From Candidatus Hydrogenedentota bacterium (GTDB lineage: Bacteria > Hydrogenedentota > Hydrogenedentia > Hydrogenedentales > GCA-2746185): a DNA stretch of 18,874 nucleotides. The notes beneath the pieces are model-generated. The model did no database searches, had not been told where the DNA came from, and was given only the letters and a program-made list of their open reading frames with translations. The stretch covers positions 1-18,874 of the forward strand of contig JAYGCN010000092.1 in the NCBI GenBank assembly GCA_046583315.1. Reading direction: 5' to 3'. Shown here one piece after another: positions 9,173 through 17,505 of the stretch. The translations under genes and the position numbers were made by a program. Position 1 is the first letter of the stretch. The number at the start of each line of letters is the position of its first letter.

Positions 9173-9858
9173 GTCTAGATCAGTGGAAGTATCCAGCACT
9201 TGCAAAGCCGGACTCGGACGGTGCCTACACCTATCATGTACAGCGGCGCATATCGGCTCCTCTCACGGTTCGACTCACGAACTATATTGGGCCTAACACG
9301 GCAACCGGTATTGATTTGACTTTCGGCGTAGCCGCCGCAATCTTGGTGGCGCTGGATTACTGGATATTGGGAGTAGTGTTTATTCAGATTTTCGGAATAT
9401 TTTCGTGTGTGGATGGTGAAATCGCACGGATTCAGAATCGACCGTCACGGATGGGTGATTTCCTGGACACGTTGACCGACAGACTTACCGAATTATTACT
9501 AGTTTGCGCAATTGCATGGTCTCTGTTCGAGCGTCTGGATTCGGTGAGTGGCTTAATCACCGGTTTCGGATATCTTGGCGGCGTTTTCCTGTTAACGACG
9601 AGCTCGGAAAAATTCCGCTCCGTCTGGAAAATGAATTACCCCAAGCGGAAACTGGAGAAGATCTTCGGGCTCTTCTGCGGAGGGAGCGACAGTCGCCTGC
9701 TGATGTTATCCATCGGCCTATTCGCGAGCGAGTTGACCGGAGATGCTTCGATTCTACTCTGGCTCCTACGGATTTGGGCCGGGGCTATGTGCATCAACTT
9801 CGTAGTGCGGATCGGACTGATCTACCGCCACTTCGATGGCATAGATGACACTGAATAA
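9169..9858 (+). CDS. CDP-alcohol phosphotransferase family protein, DIPP synthase-like
   Basis: SCVDGEIAR..(x7)..GDFLDTLTDR motif, N-terminal DG..(x5)..RRIS..GPN, and multiple transmembrane segments. ATGA overlap with the upstream stop codon. Confidence 0.85.
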   Translation: MSLDQWKYPALAKPDSDGAYTYHVQRRISAPLTVRLTNYIGPNTATGIDLTFGVAAAILVALDYWILGVVFIQIFGIFSCVDGEIARIQNRPSRMGDFLDTLTDRLTELLLVCAIAWSLFERLDSVSGLITGFGYLGGVFLLTTSSEKFRSVWKMNYPKRKLEKIFGLFCGGSDSRLLMLSIGLFASELTGDASILLWLLRIWAGAMCINFVVRIGLIYRHFDGIDDTE

Positions 9859-10568
9859 TGACGAAAATCGTCGTGAGTGATATCGCCCAATTTATTTCTG
9901 AACAAGATTCCCATTGCCTTATTCTCGCCCGACACGGTGAAACCGAGTGGAACGCGGTCGGGAGATTACAGGGTCAACAAGATACTTCGCTCAATGAGAA
10001 AGGCATGGGACAAGCATCAAGGGTCGCCCGATTATTGGCGAAAGTCTCAATCAATCAGATTCATGCCAGCACGCTGCAGCGGTCCCAAAAAACCGCACAA
10101 CCCATCGCTGAGCAAAATATCAATGAACCAGATATTTTTCCAAGCCCTCTACTAAAAGAAACGGCACTAGGCGTACTCGAAGGCGAAATGATTGCACAGC
10201 AGTCGACGCCTGAACTGACCCGGCACTACCAGGATTTCTCCCGTGATGAGATCAATTATCGGATTCCCAATGGCGAAAACTTGCACGATGTTTTCGCGCG
10301 GGTCGAGCGATTCTTCAAAGCCCAAGATCAACTCTTGAAGAAGACGGGAGTCCATGTGATCGTTGGGCATCGAAACCTGAACAAAATGATCATCAAGTAT
10401 CTTCTCGGATTGTCATTTGAAGACGGATTTCAAGTAGAGCATAAACATGAACAGCTATACCTCTACTTTGGTACCCGGAAGGAATTATGGTTCTGCGGAA
10501 TCAATGGCGCTCAATCCCAATTCACTCAAGGGCACAGTACCATCGAAGGCGGCCCAAGCTACGCCTAA
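9858..10568 (+). CDS. Histidine phosphatase (phosphoglycerate mutase-like) family protein
   Basis: LARHGETEWN catalytic motif, STLQRSQKTA, LKETALGVLEG, GENL and VGH. TAATG overlap with the upstream gene. Confidence 0.92.
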   Translation: MTKIVVSDIAQFISEQDSHCLILARHGETEWNAVGRLQGQQDTSLNEKGMGQASRVARLLAKVSINQIHASTLQRSQKTAQPIAEQNINEPDIFPSPLLKETALGVLEGEMIAQQSTPELTRHYQDFSRDEINYRIPNGENLHDVFARVERFFKAQDQLLKKTGVHVIVGHRNLNKMIIKYLLGLSFEDGFQVEHKHEQLYLYFGTRKELWFCGINGAQSQFTQGHSTIEGGPSYA

Positions 10569-10623
10569 TAAATGGTGCGATGAAAGCTTCGATGTCCGGG
10601 TAGGTCAATGAGTAAGTAATCAT

Positions 10624-10688
10624 TGGTCATCAAATTCAATGTTTGCTACACTAGCAGTCCGAAATCTTTCGAAACCGTTGATTCGGAC
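10624..10688 (+). promoter_or_regulatory. Putative internal promoter and 5' hairpin upstream of phnX
   Basis: TGGTCA (10624-10629), a 17-nt spacer, then TGc-TACACT (10644-10652). Inverted repeat GTCCGAAATC (10657-10666) / GATTCGGAC (10680-10688). Confidence 0.45.
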
Positions 10689-10731
10689 GAAGACCACAAT
10701 CTATAGACATCCAAGAAGGGACAAAACGATT

Positions 10732-11547
10732 TTGGGCGGCTCGCGAAAAGGAATATCATTGGTCGTCGCTGACATGGCCGGAACATTGTGCGATTACGGA
10801 AGCAGCGCACCGGCCGCCGCGTTTGTGGAATTGTTCAAGCGCCACGACATCACCGCAACCGATGCCGAGGCGCGCGTCCCCATGGGCCTTCAAAAACGCG
10901 ATCATGTTGAAACGATGCTGAAGATGGACTCCATTGCTGACCAATGGGCTGCCATAGCCGGTCACCCTTGGAGTGAAGCCGATCTGGATGCGCTCTATGC
11001 CGACTTCATTGGCATCCAACTCGGCGTGTTACCGGATTACACCGATCTTATCCCGGGAATCCTGGAAGCCATCACCACGATTCAAGAGCACGGTATCGCA
11101 GTCGCCGGAACCACAGGGTACGACACAGAAATGATGGCCATCGTGGTCGCCGGGATGGCCGATCAGGGGGTGAAACTGGATGCTGCCATCTGTGCCACGG
11201 ACGTCGCCGCTGGTCGACCTGCGCCGTGGATGATTTTTCGCGCGATGGAAGCCACGCAGTGCTCCCCACCGCATACGGTCGTGAAAATTGGCGATACCCT
11301 GCCCGATGTCGAAGCAGGCGCACGCGCGGGCGTCTGGTCCATCGGAGTCACTGACACCGGCAACATGGCCGGATGCAACAAGCCGACTTGGGACGCGTTA
11401 TCCGAATCCGAACAGGATTCCCGGCGAAACAAAGGCACGGCTGAAATGAACGACTCAGGTGCACACTACGTCTTGGCAAGTGTGGCCGAGTTACCTTCCA
11501 TCATCGAAAAAATCGACCAACGTATTCTCGCCGGGGAGAAGCCATGA
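10732..11547 (+). CDS. phnX: Phosphonoacetaldehyde hydrolase (phosphonatase, HAD superfamily)
   Basis: DMAGTLCDYGSSAP (motif I), ARVPMGLQKRDH (cap with the Schiff-base Lys), TTGY, GRPAPWM and VKIGDT..D..AG..AGVWSIGV. TTG 10732 after GAAGGGA is preferred over ATG 10639; the start is uncertain. Confidence 0.88.
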   Translation: MGGSRKGISLVVADMAGTLCDYGSSAPAAAFVELFKRHDITATDAEARVPMGLQKRDHVETMLKMDSIADQWAAIAGHPWSEADLDALYADFIGIQLGVLPDYTDLIPGILEAITTIQEHGIAVAGTTGYDTEMMAIVVAGMADQGVKLDAAICATDVAAGRPAPWMIFRAMEATQCSPPHTVVKIGDTLPDVEAGARAGVWSIGVTDTGNMAGCNKPTWDALSESEQDSRRNKGTAEMNDSGAHYVLASVAELPSIIEKIDQRILAGEKP

Positions 11548-12875
11548 AATATGATGAATCAGAAGGGGATATCAACGTCTCCCCGGAGCGCAACGAGTGG
11601 CAAGAACGCCACCTGAACGATGAGACTCGGGCCCTTCTGGAAGAAGACTCCCGCTATTTCATGCACCAGGCCCTTTCGACGCCCTGCCTCAATGTACTCA
11701 CCAACAGCGAAGGAAGCACCTTTCAGGATTTCGAAGGACGACGTTATCTGGACTTCCACGGCAACGCCGCGCATCAGGTTGGATTCAATAACCCTGCGGT
11801 AATCGACGCGATAAAATCACAGCTCGACACTTTACCCTTTTCTCCACGACGATACACCAACGAACCCGCCATCCGTCTCGCCAAACGGCTCACCGACGCG
11901 GCGCCCATGGAAGATGCACGGCTTCTCTTCGCACCCGGTGGTGCCGAAGTCAACAGCATGGCCCTGCAATACGCGCGACAGGCCACAGGACGGTTCAAAA
12001 CCATAAGCTTCTGGGAAGCCTTTCACGGCGGCACACTCGACACCATCAGCGTCGGCGGCGAAGCCATGTTCCGTTCAGGCGCAGGCCCATTAATGCCCGG
12101 TGCCATCCATGTGCCCCCTCCCCGTGTGCAAACATCCGGTTGGGAAGAAAGTGTCGCACACATTGAATACGTCATGGAGCACGAAGGCGATATCGCCGCG
12201 TTCATCGCAGAACCCATCCGCTGCACCAACATGTATCAGCCGCCGGCCGCCTACTGGCAAGCGGTTCGCGACGTCTGCGACCGAAACGGCACGCTGCTCA
12301 TCTTCGACGAAATTCCCATCGGGCTTGGTCGCAGTGGATACATGTTCTGCAACGAATACACCGGCATCGTGCCCGATATCATCACGCTGGGCAAAGGGCT
12401 CGGCGGCGGAGTAGTACCTCTCGCGGCCATGATTGCCCGCGCCGATCTCAACGTCGCCGGAAACCGGGCCATCGGACATTTCACCCACGAGAAAAGCCCC
12501 GTCGCCTGCGCAGCGGGAAATGCTGTACTCGACATCATCGAAAAAGAGTCGCTCGTGCAACGCGCCAATTCAAAAGGTGCACGATTCAAAGATAGCCTGG
12601 AACAACTCGTCCAGCGGCACGATTGCGCCGTCAACGTACAAGGAATGGGATTACTGCTCGCCCTCGAAGTAGAATCGAAATCCGCAGAACAATCCACCTC
12701 CGAATTGACCAACCGACTTCTGTACAGCTGCCTGGAACGTGGGCTGAACTTCAAAACCTCCAACGGACGTTACATTATCCTGACCCCGCCGCTCACGGTA
12801 TCTGAAGACGGGATCGACGAGGCGGTTGCCATCATCGATTCCGCCCTGACCGATGTCAGCGAGGCCTGTGCGTGA
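11544..12875 (+). CDS. pbfA: Class III aminotransferase-fold PLP enzyme, likely (R)-1-hydroxy-2-aminoethylphosphonate ammonia-lyase
   Basis: Class III motifs FDEIPIGLGRSG and TLGKGLGGG (PLP Lys). Segments SEGDIN, HQALSTPCL, DFHGN, LPFSPRRYTN, LFAPGG, FHGGTLDTISVGGE and FTHEKSP match my recollection of the PbfA family. ATGA-coupled to phnX. Confidence 0.8.
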   Translation: MKYDESEGDINVSPERNEWQERHLNDETRALLEEDSRYFMHQALSTPCLNVLTNSEGSTFQDFEGRRYLDFHGNAAHQVGFNNPAVIDAIKSQLDTLPFSPRRYTNEPAIRLAKRLTDAAPMEDARLLFAPGGAEVNSMALQYARQATGRFKTISFWEAFHGGTLDTISVGGEAMFRSGAGPLMPGAIHVPPPRVQTSGWEESVAHIEYVMEHEGDIAAFIAEPIRCTNMYQPPAAYWQAVRDVCDRNGTLLIFDEIPIGLGRSGYMFCNEYTGIVPDIITLGKGLGGGVVPLAAMIARADLNVAGNRAIGHFTHEKSPVACAAGNAVLDIIEKESLVQRANSKGARFKDSLEQLVQRHDCAVNVQGMGLLLALEVESKSAEQSTSELTNRLLYSCLERGLNFKTSNGRYIILTPPLTVSEDGIDEAVAIIDSALTDVSEACA

Positions 12876-14077
12876 AAGAAACCTATGCGGTAATCGGTGC
12901 GGGACCGCTGGGCAGTTGTGCGGCAAGAGCACTCGCCGATGCATTTGAAGACGAAAACCGATCGGCCGAAATCTTGCTCATCGATGCCAACGACCCACTC
13001 AATCAAAAATTCGATTCCTTGTCCGCAGCGGGACCCCATGCCGCAGGCCAACTGATGCTTCATTTCTTCGATGCGGACAGCTCGGCCAAAGACCTGACCC
13101 GTCGCTCCCACGAAATTCTCAAAGGCCTGAACGCAGAAGGTGCCGTCGATCTCCATTCCAGACCCTGGATATGTTGTACCGGAAACACCAACTCCGAATT
13201 GGACACCACTGCACAGGAGGGATTGGCCCAGTCTTTCTCCGAAGGAAGACTGGAAGGCTGTGAACTCGTCCGAGGCGAAGAGTTACCCGGCACGAAGGGA
13301 CTACGAGCCGACCAGGTCGCGTGGGCACTGCTCGATCCCACCGGGATGGCCGTAAACCCGCGCGTCTTCGTGCAGCAACTCGCCCAACGCGCGATTCAGC
13401 ACCCCATGATTGAGGCCCACTTCCATACCCGCGTGACTCGATGCAGCCACAACACGATCACCACTGAATACGATGGCGTGACCACCGAAGGGCCCGTGAC
13501 AGGCGTAATTTTATGTACCGGAATCCATCGCGATCTGTTTACCGACGCGCTGCCCGATGGCAGGCCCGAATTTCTTCACGTCACCGAACATAAGGAAGTC
13601 AGCCATCGCCCGGAGGTCATGCACCTCATTTCCGGCGAAACAACCATCGCACGTTACGCCGGATTCGGTCCCCATCGAGAGAAAATCACACCGCTTCTAC
13701 CCGAAAACACGCAGAAATACGGTATTCACGGATTGTTCACCGACGTACCCGGATTGCGCCGCATGTTGGACAGCCACTTCGAAAACGAAGACCTCGCCGA
13801 ATCCAAAAACGATCTCGTATGGTCATTACTTCGCGAAACCATCGGACGATACATACAACCCGAAATGCTGCTCGGGCATTCGGCAAGCAACCGCGAAACG
13901 AATCTATCTTACGTTGCCGCATACAATAAACTATTGGATAGCGACGGACCCTACCTCGAACAATTACCAGTCGAAATGCCGACCGTGCACGTTCAACCCA
14001 GCAACGGACTCGGTCTGAACCAGTGCGCGGCGTTGGGGGCAGATGCCGCTTCTCTCCTGATGGAAGTCACGGGCTAA
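12872..14077 (+). CDS. FAD-dependent oxidoreductase (DAO/glycine oxidase-like), divergent phosphonate-associated amine oxidase
   Basis: VIGAGPLG Rossmann motif, VNPR, VILCTG, ARYAGF..YGIH..DSH and a C-terminal NGLGL..AALG. GTGA-coupled to pbfA. Confidence 0.75.
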   Translation: MKETYAVIGAGPLGSCAARALADAFEDENRSAEILLIDANDPLNQKFDSLSAAGPHAAGQLMLHFFDADSSAKDLTRRSHEILKGLNAEGAVDLHSRPWICCTGNTNSELDTTAQEGLAQSFSEGRLEGCELVRGEELPGTKGLRADQVAWALLDPTGMAVNPRVFVQQLAQRAIQHPMIEAHFHTRVTRCSHNTITTEYDGVTTEGPVTGVILCTGIHRDLFTDALPDGRPEFLHVTEHKEVSHRPEVMHLISGETTIARYAGFGPHREKITPLLPENTQKYGIHGLFTDVPGLRRMLDSHFENEDLAESKNDLVWSLLRETIGRYIQPEMLLGHSASNRETNLSYVAAYNKLLDSDGPYLEQLPVEMPTVHVQPSNGLGLNQCAALGADAASLLMEVTG

Positions 14078-14095
14078 ATACATTGGTCGAGTTTG

Positions 14096-14677
14096 CTATT
14101 GATCCTTCTTGCGTTCCTCCAGGAGAATTTCGACGGCCCGATCCGCATCACCATTTGCCACATCGGCGAAGCGCAGGATACCTTTGTGATCGATTAGGTA
14201 ATAATCAGGAAATCCGTCCACGTGAAAGCTACTGATGACATTGTCCTTGCTATCAAAAGCAATGGGGTATTCCATCTTTTGCTCGCGGACATACGCTGGC
14301 CCTTCCTCCTCGGCATTCTTCGTATGGATTCCCAGGACGATGAGCCCGTCATCGGCATGTTTTTCTGAGAGCTCTTTAAGGTGCGGGATGGCGCGACGGC
14401 ATGGCGGGCACCAGGTTCCCCAGAAATCGATGAGTATCACCTTGCCTTTGAGATCCGCCCACGCGAGAGGTTTCCCGTCCACCGTATTCATCCAGCCGGT
14501 CAGATTACCGAGGGCCGGAGGCGCTTTTCCTTCAAGCGCATCCTTCTTCGCGTTCTGCGTGGGGTCGTTCGGATTGCGTTCTCGTGTTGGGCCATTCTCC
14601 GCGTAAGCCGATGCGACCGACCAGCACAACACCAGAGCCGCGACTGTTCCTATTCTCAATATATTCGGTCTGTTCAT
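14096..14677 (-). CDS. Secreted TlpA/ResA-family thiol-disulfide reductase
   Basis: Signal peptide; LKGKVILIDFWGTWCPPCRR (CXXC) and GFPDYYLIDHKG. SD GGAGGG. Confidence 0.9.
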   Translation of the reverse strand: MNRPNILRIGTVAALVLCWSVASAYAENGPTRERNPNDPTQNAKKDALEGKAPPALGNLTGWMNTVDGKPLAWADLKGKVILIDFWGTWCPPCRRAIPHLKELSEKHADDGLIVLGIHTKNAEEEGPAYVREQKMEYPIAFDSKDNVISSFHVDGFPDYYLIDHKGILRFADVANGDADRAVEILLEERKKDQ

Positions 14678-14833
14678 GATTACCGCCCTCCCGGAGCGGT
14701 TCGTGTTTCTTGAAATCAGGTATCAAACACTTAGTGGAGTGGATTCACCTGCGTATTATCGCGCATGATTCCTGCCTAAGGCACAGCATAAGTATGGGTG
14801 TAAACGTCGGATCTGTCAACGAAAAGTTTTCCT

Positions 14834-14862
14834 TTGAACTAGCAGCCCGCCCGTGCTATTTT
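14834..14862 (+). promoter_or_regulatory. Putative sigma70 promoter for phoD
   Basis: TTGAAC (14834-14839), a 17-nt spacer, then TGc-TATTTT (14854-14862). The palindrome GAAAAgTTTTC (14821-14831) lies just upstream. Confidence 0.5.
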
Positions 14863-14904
14863 CAGATTGCGCAATACCCTTAGTTATCGAAAGAGGAATC
14901 ACCT

Positions 14905-16233
14905 ATGAGCAAAATTACACGACGTGAGTTCGGCGCGGCAGCTGGTGCAGGCCTGCTTTTGCACCCGGTGTTGTCCAGCGCGGCTGAATCCGGCGACACC
15001 AAAGGAACGACTGGCCCGATGATCGGTCATGTTTCCGAGACCACTGTGGAGATATGGTTTCGACCCGCGAAAACGGGAAAATATACGGTCGTTGTATTTC
15101 AGGACGACAAAGAGATTCGTCGCGCCACGGAACGCTCACTGAGTGAGAACGATCAATGCCTGACTTGGCATGTCCGGAGCCTAAAAGCGAAAACCCGGTA
15201 TCATTACAGCGTGCTTGACGATGACGGCTCGGTTGTTGCCGGATATACCAGTGACCATTACTTTGACACGGCACCCGACCCGAATAAACTCGGAAAGGTC
15301 TGCCTTGCATTCGGGTCCTGCGCGCATGCCAAGCCGCTGGAATTGTGGAAACAGATACACGACCAAGGCGCGCAAGGGTTGGTGCTTCTCGGCGACACAC
15401 CCTACATAGACTCTACTCGTCTGAGCATCGCGCGACGAAAACAACGCGACTTCCTGGCGGTGCCTGATATCGCGCAACTCATTCGCAACACGTCGATCTG
15501 GGGCACGTGGGACGATCACGACTTTGGAAAGAATGATTCAGACGGCACCTTGCCCGGCAAGGAGAACTCCCGACAGGCTTTTCTTGAGTACCGCGCCAAC
15601 GCGAATTACGGGCACGGTTCTGAAGGCATCTATACCCGCTTTCGATACGGCCCGATCGAAGTATTTCTGCTGGATACCCGATGGTTCGCGCGAACGGAAA
15701 CGTCCCCCGTTGATCCGTCTAAACCGACCCTGCTCGGCGCGCGCCAATGGGCTTGGCTGAAGAAATCACTCAAGGGATCCACGGCCCCCTTCAAGATTAT
15801 CGCGTGCGGCATGATTTGGGATGACAAAGAAAATGGCGAGTCGGATGACTGGGGGACCTATTCCCACGAACGTTCGGCCCTGTTTGACTTCATCGGCGAG
15901 AAGAATATTTCGGGCGTGGTCCTCATCGGAGGCGATATCCATTGTTCCCGCCTGCTTCAATACAAAACGGAGCAACAAGTCGGTTATCCGATTCGACAAT
16001 GCATCGTATCGCCGATTCACGACAGCACGATTCCCTCGCTAAATGTCGCGCACCCGGATTTGATTCACGGCGCGGCGATTCCCCACGTGTGGTTACGTGT
16101 CGAAGTGGATACCACCGCATCACCCGCCACGTTCAAAGCGGACTGGGTGCAAAAAGACGGACAGGAAATGTGGGCACTGGAACTCGATGAGAATGATCTC
16201 ACCAGACCGGGCCGAGGGAATCGTAGCGTTTAG
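14905..16233 (+). CDS. phoD: Tat-exported alkaline phosphatase D family metallophosphatase/phosphodiesterase
   Basis: Twin-arginine signal TRREFG and an FN3-like N-domain. Motifs [28 protein letters not shown] and GGDIH. SD AAGAGGA. Confidence 0.88.
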   Translation: MSKITRREFGAAAGAGLLLHPVLSSAAESGDTKGTTGPMIGHVSETTVEIWFRPAKTGKYTVVVFQDDKEIRRATERSLSENDQCLTWHVRSLKAKTRYHYSVLDDDGSVVAGYTSDHYFDTAPDPNKLGKVCLAFGSCAHAKPLELWKQIHDQGAQGLVLLGDTPYIDSTRLSIARRKQRDFLAVPDIAQLIRNTSIWGTWDDHDFGKNDSDGTLPGKENSRQAFLEYRANANYGHGSEGIYTRFRYGPIEVFLLDTRWFARTETSPVDPSKPTLLGARQWAWLKKSLKGSTAPFKIIACGMIWDDKENGESDDWGTYSHERSALFDFIGEKNISGVVLIGGDIHCSRLLQYKTEQQVGYPIRQCIVSPIHDSTIPSLNVAHPDLIHGAAIPHVWLRVEVDTTASPATFKADWVQKDGQEMWALELDENDLTRPGRGNRSV

Positions 16234-17363
16234 TAGAGGATTACGAAGCGTCCATCGGGCAATGCGACGGCCTCGGGAATGGTCGTTCGAGGCATATCGG
16301 TGACTCCCTGCCCTTTTTGACCCGTGGGGGTGCCTTCGGAATCGAAGACTTGCCAGTGAAGTCTTCCCCCCATGCTCCAGCTTTTTCCTTCGGCCCATGC
16401 CAAGAGTGTCGAGCCATCTTGGGCAATGGCCAACGCGGCGTTTTTCTGACGGTCAACGGCTGGCGGCAATCCAACGGAAACGGGATTCGACAAGTCAGAT
16501 ACGTCCGCGAAATAGGCTTGTTCCCGACTTTCAAATGCAACGATCGCGCCTCCGCCAAGTTTTGCTTGTACGCGCGTAATCGTCACTGGACATGAAGCCA
16601 ACTCCCATGCGTTGATTGTTTGGGCGGAAAAATTTTCGCCGCCATCTGTGGACTTCAGCAAGGTCATATCGCGGTGGACGCCCTTTCCGGCAGCTCGGTA
16701 GGAAATGTAGAGCACATTATTGTGGTCGACCAATGCGCTCAACGCGCAGCATCCACATACGCCTTTTTTATCCAGATCGACTTGCGTCTCTGGGCCAAAA
16801 GTATCTCCGTCATCTTCCGATTTTCGCAAGTACACGCCTCGACGAGATTCGTTTGACAGATTTCCCGCATGCCACACGAGGTACACATTGCCCTTTCCGT
16901 CCGCCGTGATCGCCGCACCCGCTTCTACACCGCGGTAGTTCTCTTCGACAAGGTTACGTTGTTCCTTGAAGGCATCCTTCGCATCATTGGTACGGGCATA
17001 CCAATATTTTTCCGCGCGCATGTCGAACCAGGTGATGTGTACGCGGCCGCTTTTACCCAAGGCGATCTGCGCGAGACTCAGCGATCCAGTTCGGGGGACA
17101 TTCTTGTCCGTAGTGTTCACGCGGATCGGCTCTGACCATTCCGGGGCATCAATTGCTCGCGTGGCGTAAAAAAGATTTCCTCCAGCACCCTTTGATTTGA
17201 AGTAGACAAGATGAATCGTACCTTGCTGATCGACTGCGGCCCTGGGCTGGATGCCGCCGTTGGGCGTGCGCAGTATGTCGATGGGCTTTTCAGTGTCCTC
17301 CGCGTTCGTCGCGATACAGAAGATCAAAGCAAACGCGAACACCATCGCCGTCTTAGAGGCCAT
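16230..17363 (-). CDS. Secreted BNR/Asp-box (sialidase-like) beta-propeller protein
   Basis: Signal peptide [21 protein letters not shown]; Asp-boxes SEDDGDTF and [12 protein letters not shown] and W..xCP motifs. The ORF-finder extension to 17648 overlaps the opposite-strand gene and is rejected; the exact start is uncertain. Confidence 0.75.
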   Translation of the reverse strand: MASKTAMVFAFALIFCIATNAEDTEKPIDILRTPNGGIQPRAAVDQQGTIHLVYFKSKGAGGNLFYATRAIDAPEWSEPIRVNTTDKNVPRTGSLSLAQIALGKSGRVHITWFDMRAEKYWYARTNDAKDAFKEQRNLVEENYRGVEAGAAITADGKGNVYLVWHAGNLSNESRRGVYLRKSEDDGDTFGPETQVDLDKKGVCGCCALSALVDHNNVLYISYRAAGKGVHRDMTLLKSTDGGENFSAQTINAWELASCPVTITRVQAKLGGGAIVAFESREQAYFADVSDLSNPVSVGLPPAVDRQKNAALAIAQDGSTLLAWAEGKSWSMGGRLHWQVFDSEGTPTGQKGQGVTDMPRTTIPEAVALPDGRFVILY

Positions 17364-17505
17364 TTCACTAAGGAACTTCACAACACGACACCCGACTTCC
17401 GAGTAAATTTCATAACCTTGGGGGAAATTATACACTATATAAGTGAATTCGCGTGTAAACGAATTGGGCTCATTTGTAGTCAAACAGGCTATGAGGAGAA
17501 AACCT

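Noticed and set aside
10619..10764. 10-bp direct repeat ATCATTGGTC at 10619 and 10755
   Set aside because: Only two copies, one inside phnX coding sequence, so compatible with chance.
11544..12875. Annotation as an ordinary 4-aminobutyrate/acetylornithine aminotransferase or as PhnW
   Set aside because: PhnW is a class V enzyme, and the N-terminal motifs and coupling to phnX fit PbfA better.
14813..14831. CTGTCAA Pho-box half-site upstream of phoD
   Set aside because: There is no second half-site at 11-bp spacing.
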